Virus record (IMG/VR): IMGVR_UViG_3300042473_001265
Span: 248,001 to 312,000 of that record
Strand: one strand, 5' to 3'
Length of the DNA: 64,000 bases
In this document: one piece after another, positions 63,084 to 64,000 of the stretch
Layout: each line of letters starts with the position of its first letter
How positions within the stretch are numbered: position 1 is the stretch's first letter
Notes under the pieces: model-generated
The model's input: only the letters and a program-made list of their open reading frames with translations
Databases searched by the model: none
What the model was told of the DNA's origin: nothing
Made by a program: the position numbers and the translations under genes

Positions 63084-63632
63084 ATGGCAGAAGAAAAGAA
63101 ACCCCTATCAAGATCAGAACGTGAAGCACAAATCAAGGACAAAGCAGGCTTAGTAATTGTTTTCATGGCCTTGTTCCTAGCAGCAAATACATACATTGCC
63201 AACAACTTCAGCAGTGTAGCACAAACCAATCTGCTGAAGGCCAGCAACACCTACGGATTTTATCAGTCCAAAAGTATCAAGCAAACTCTGGCTGAAGGAC
63301 AACTGGAAGAAGCCCGGATTGTTGGCAACAAAGAACGCATGGAAAAACTGCAGGCCAAAATTGATCGCTACGAGTCAGAACCCGACACAGGCGAAGGCAA
63401 ACGAGAGTTATTGGTCCGAGCACGAGCACAAGAAGCTGCAAGAGATGAAGCTAGACTACACAGTCCGTGGCTGAACTTTTCGGGCATGCTGTTTCAGTTG
63501 GCCATTGTGCTGTTATCTGCCAGTATTTTAGCAGTTAACATGCGTATGTATTGGGGTTCAATAGGAGTAGGAGCACTAGGTCTGGTACTCATGAGTCAAG
63601 GCCTATGGCTGTGGGCTCCGCTAAGTATGTAA
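63084..63632 (+). CDS. Membrane protein (DUF4337-like)
   Basis: N-terminal TM, 'YQSKSIKQ', coiled coil, two C-terminal TM helices. Confidence 0.7.
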   Translation: MAEEKKPLSRSEREAQIKDKAGLVIVFMALFLAANTYIANNFSSVAQTNLLKASNTYGFYQSKSIKQTLAEGQLEEARIVGNKERMEKLQAKIDRYESEPDTGEGKRELLVRARAQEAARDEARLHSPWLNFSGMLFQLAIVLLSASILAVNMRMYWGSIGVGALGLVLMSQGLWLWAPLSM

Positions 63633-64000
63633 TGACATATTTAATTTACACCTTGATAGTCACGCACATTACCATAGTGTGCGTGACTTTGTTTTTGCAC
63701 CGTAGCCAAGCACATCGTGGCGTGACTTTTCATCCTGTGATTGCTCATGCCATGAGATTTTGGTTGTGGTTGACCACAGGCATGGTCACCAAACAATGGG
63801 TTGCAATACATCGCAAGCATCATAGATTTAGTGATCAACAAGGTGATCCGCATACACCACATGTGTATGGCATCAGGCGTGTGCTATTTCGAGGAGCAAT
63901 GTTATATCATGCAGCAAGCAAAGATAAAGTCATGGTTGATTCATACGGCGTTGGTACTCCTGCTGATTGGATGGAGCGCAACATATACACTGCTCACAGT
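63632..64000 (+). CDS. Membrane fatty-acid (acyl-CoA delta-9-like) desaturase, N-terminal part (runs off the window)
   Basis: MTYLIYTLIVTHITIVCVTLFLHRSQAH...WVAIHRKHH...DPH: first two His boxes; TAATG-coupled. Confidence 0.9.
   Translation, partial: MTYLIYTLIVTHITIVCVTLFLHRSQAHRGVTFHPVIAHAMRFWLWLTTGMVTKQWVAIHRKHHRFSDQQGDPHTPHVYGIRRVLFRGAMLYHAASKDKVMVDSYGVGTPADWMERNIYTAHS

Noticed and set aside
1-64000. Stop-codon reassignment (code 15 or 4), as in some jumbo phages
   Set aside because: Standard-code ORFs tile the window, and TAG and TGA end conserved genes at their expected C-termini (for example iscA TAG 36085)
1-64000. Bacterial chromosome or prophage
   Set aside because: Host-like genes are isolated among T4-type replication and structural genes with late-promoter motifs; no integrase, att site, rRNA or tRNA seen

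Overview
Almost wall-to-wall coding segment of a large lytic, T4-supergroup-like myovirus genome, probably a jumbo phage of the Rak2/GAP32-like type (inferred from gene content; capsid and terminase genes are not in this window). Core genes: UvsX/UvsY/UvsW recombination, gp61-like primase, gp41-like helicase, DNA ligase, PD-(D/E)xK exonuclease, NrdA/NrdB/glutaredoxin, a tailspike-like protein and PAAR. Host-like auxiliary genes (cspA, iscU, iscA, clpX, clpS, hsp20, a fatty-acid desaturase) look proteobacterial, possibly betaproteobacterial. Accessory content: a ~10 kb glycan-modification locus, AT-rich cassettes of radical-SAM, B12-radical-SAM and 2OG-oxygenase enzymes, and a signal-peptide/Cys-repeat envelope module. 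No rRNA, tRNA, CRISPR array, integrase or intron/intein was seen. Top leads: (1) proteins sharing an N-terminal M-x-(I/L)-x-E motif like a T4 capsid-targeting/prohead-protease signal, including a Mesh1-like (p)ppGpp hydrolase and a Pol-beta-NTase::RNA-ligase-like fusion, i.e. possible virion-injected nucleotide-signalling/RNA-repair enzymes; (2) a ROSE-type RNA thermometer on the phage hsp20; (3) systematic leaderless transcripts from both sigma70-like and TAAATA late promoters; (4) ClpX and ClpS with rewired substrate-recognition loops; (5) a miniature DnaE-like polymerase core; (6) phage Fe-S assembly genes linked to several radical-SAM enzymes. All calls are from motif recognition by eye; no searches were run.
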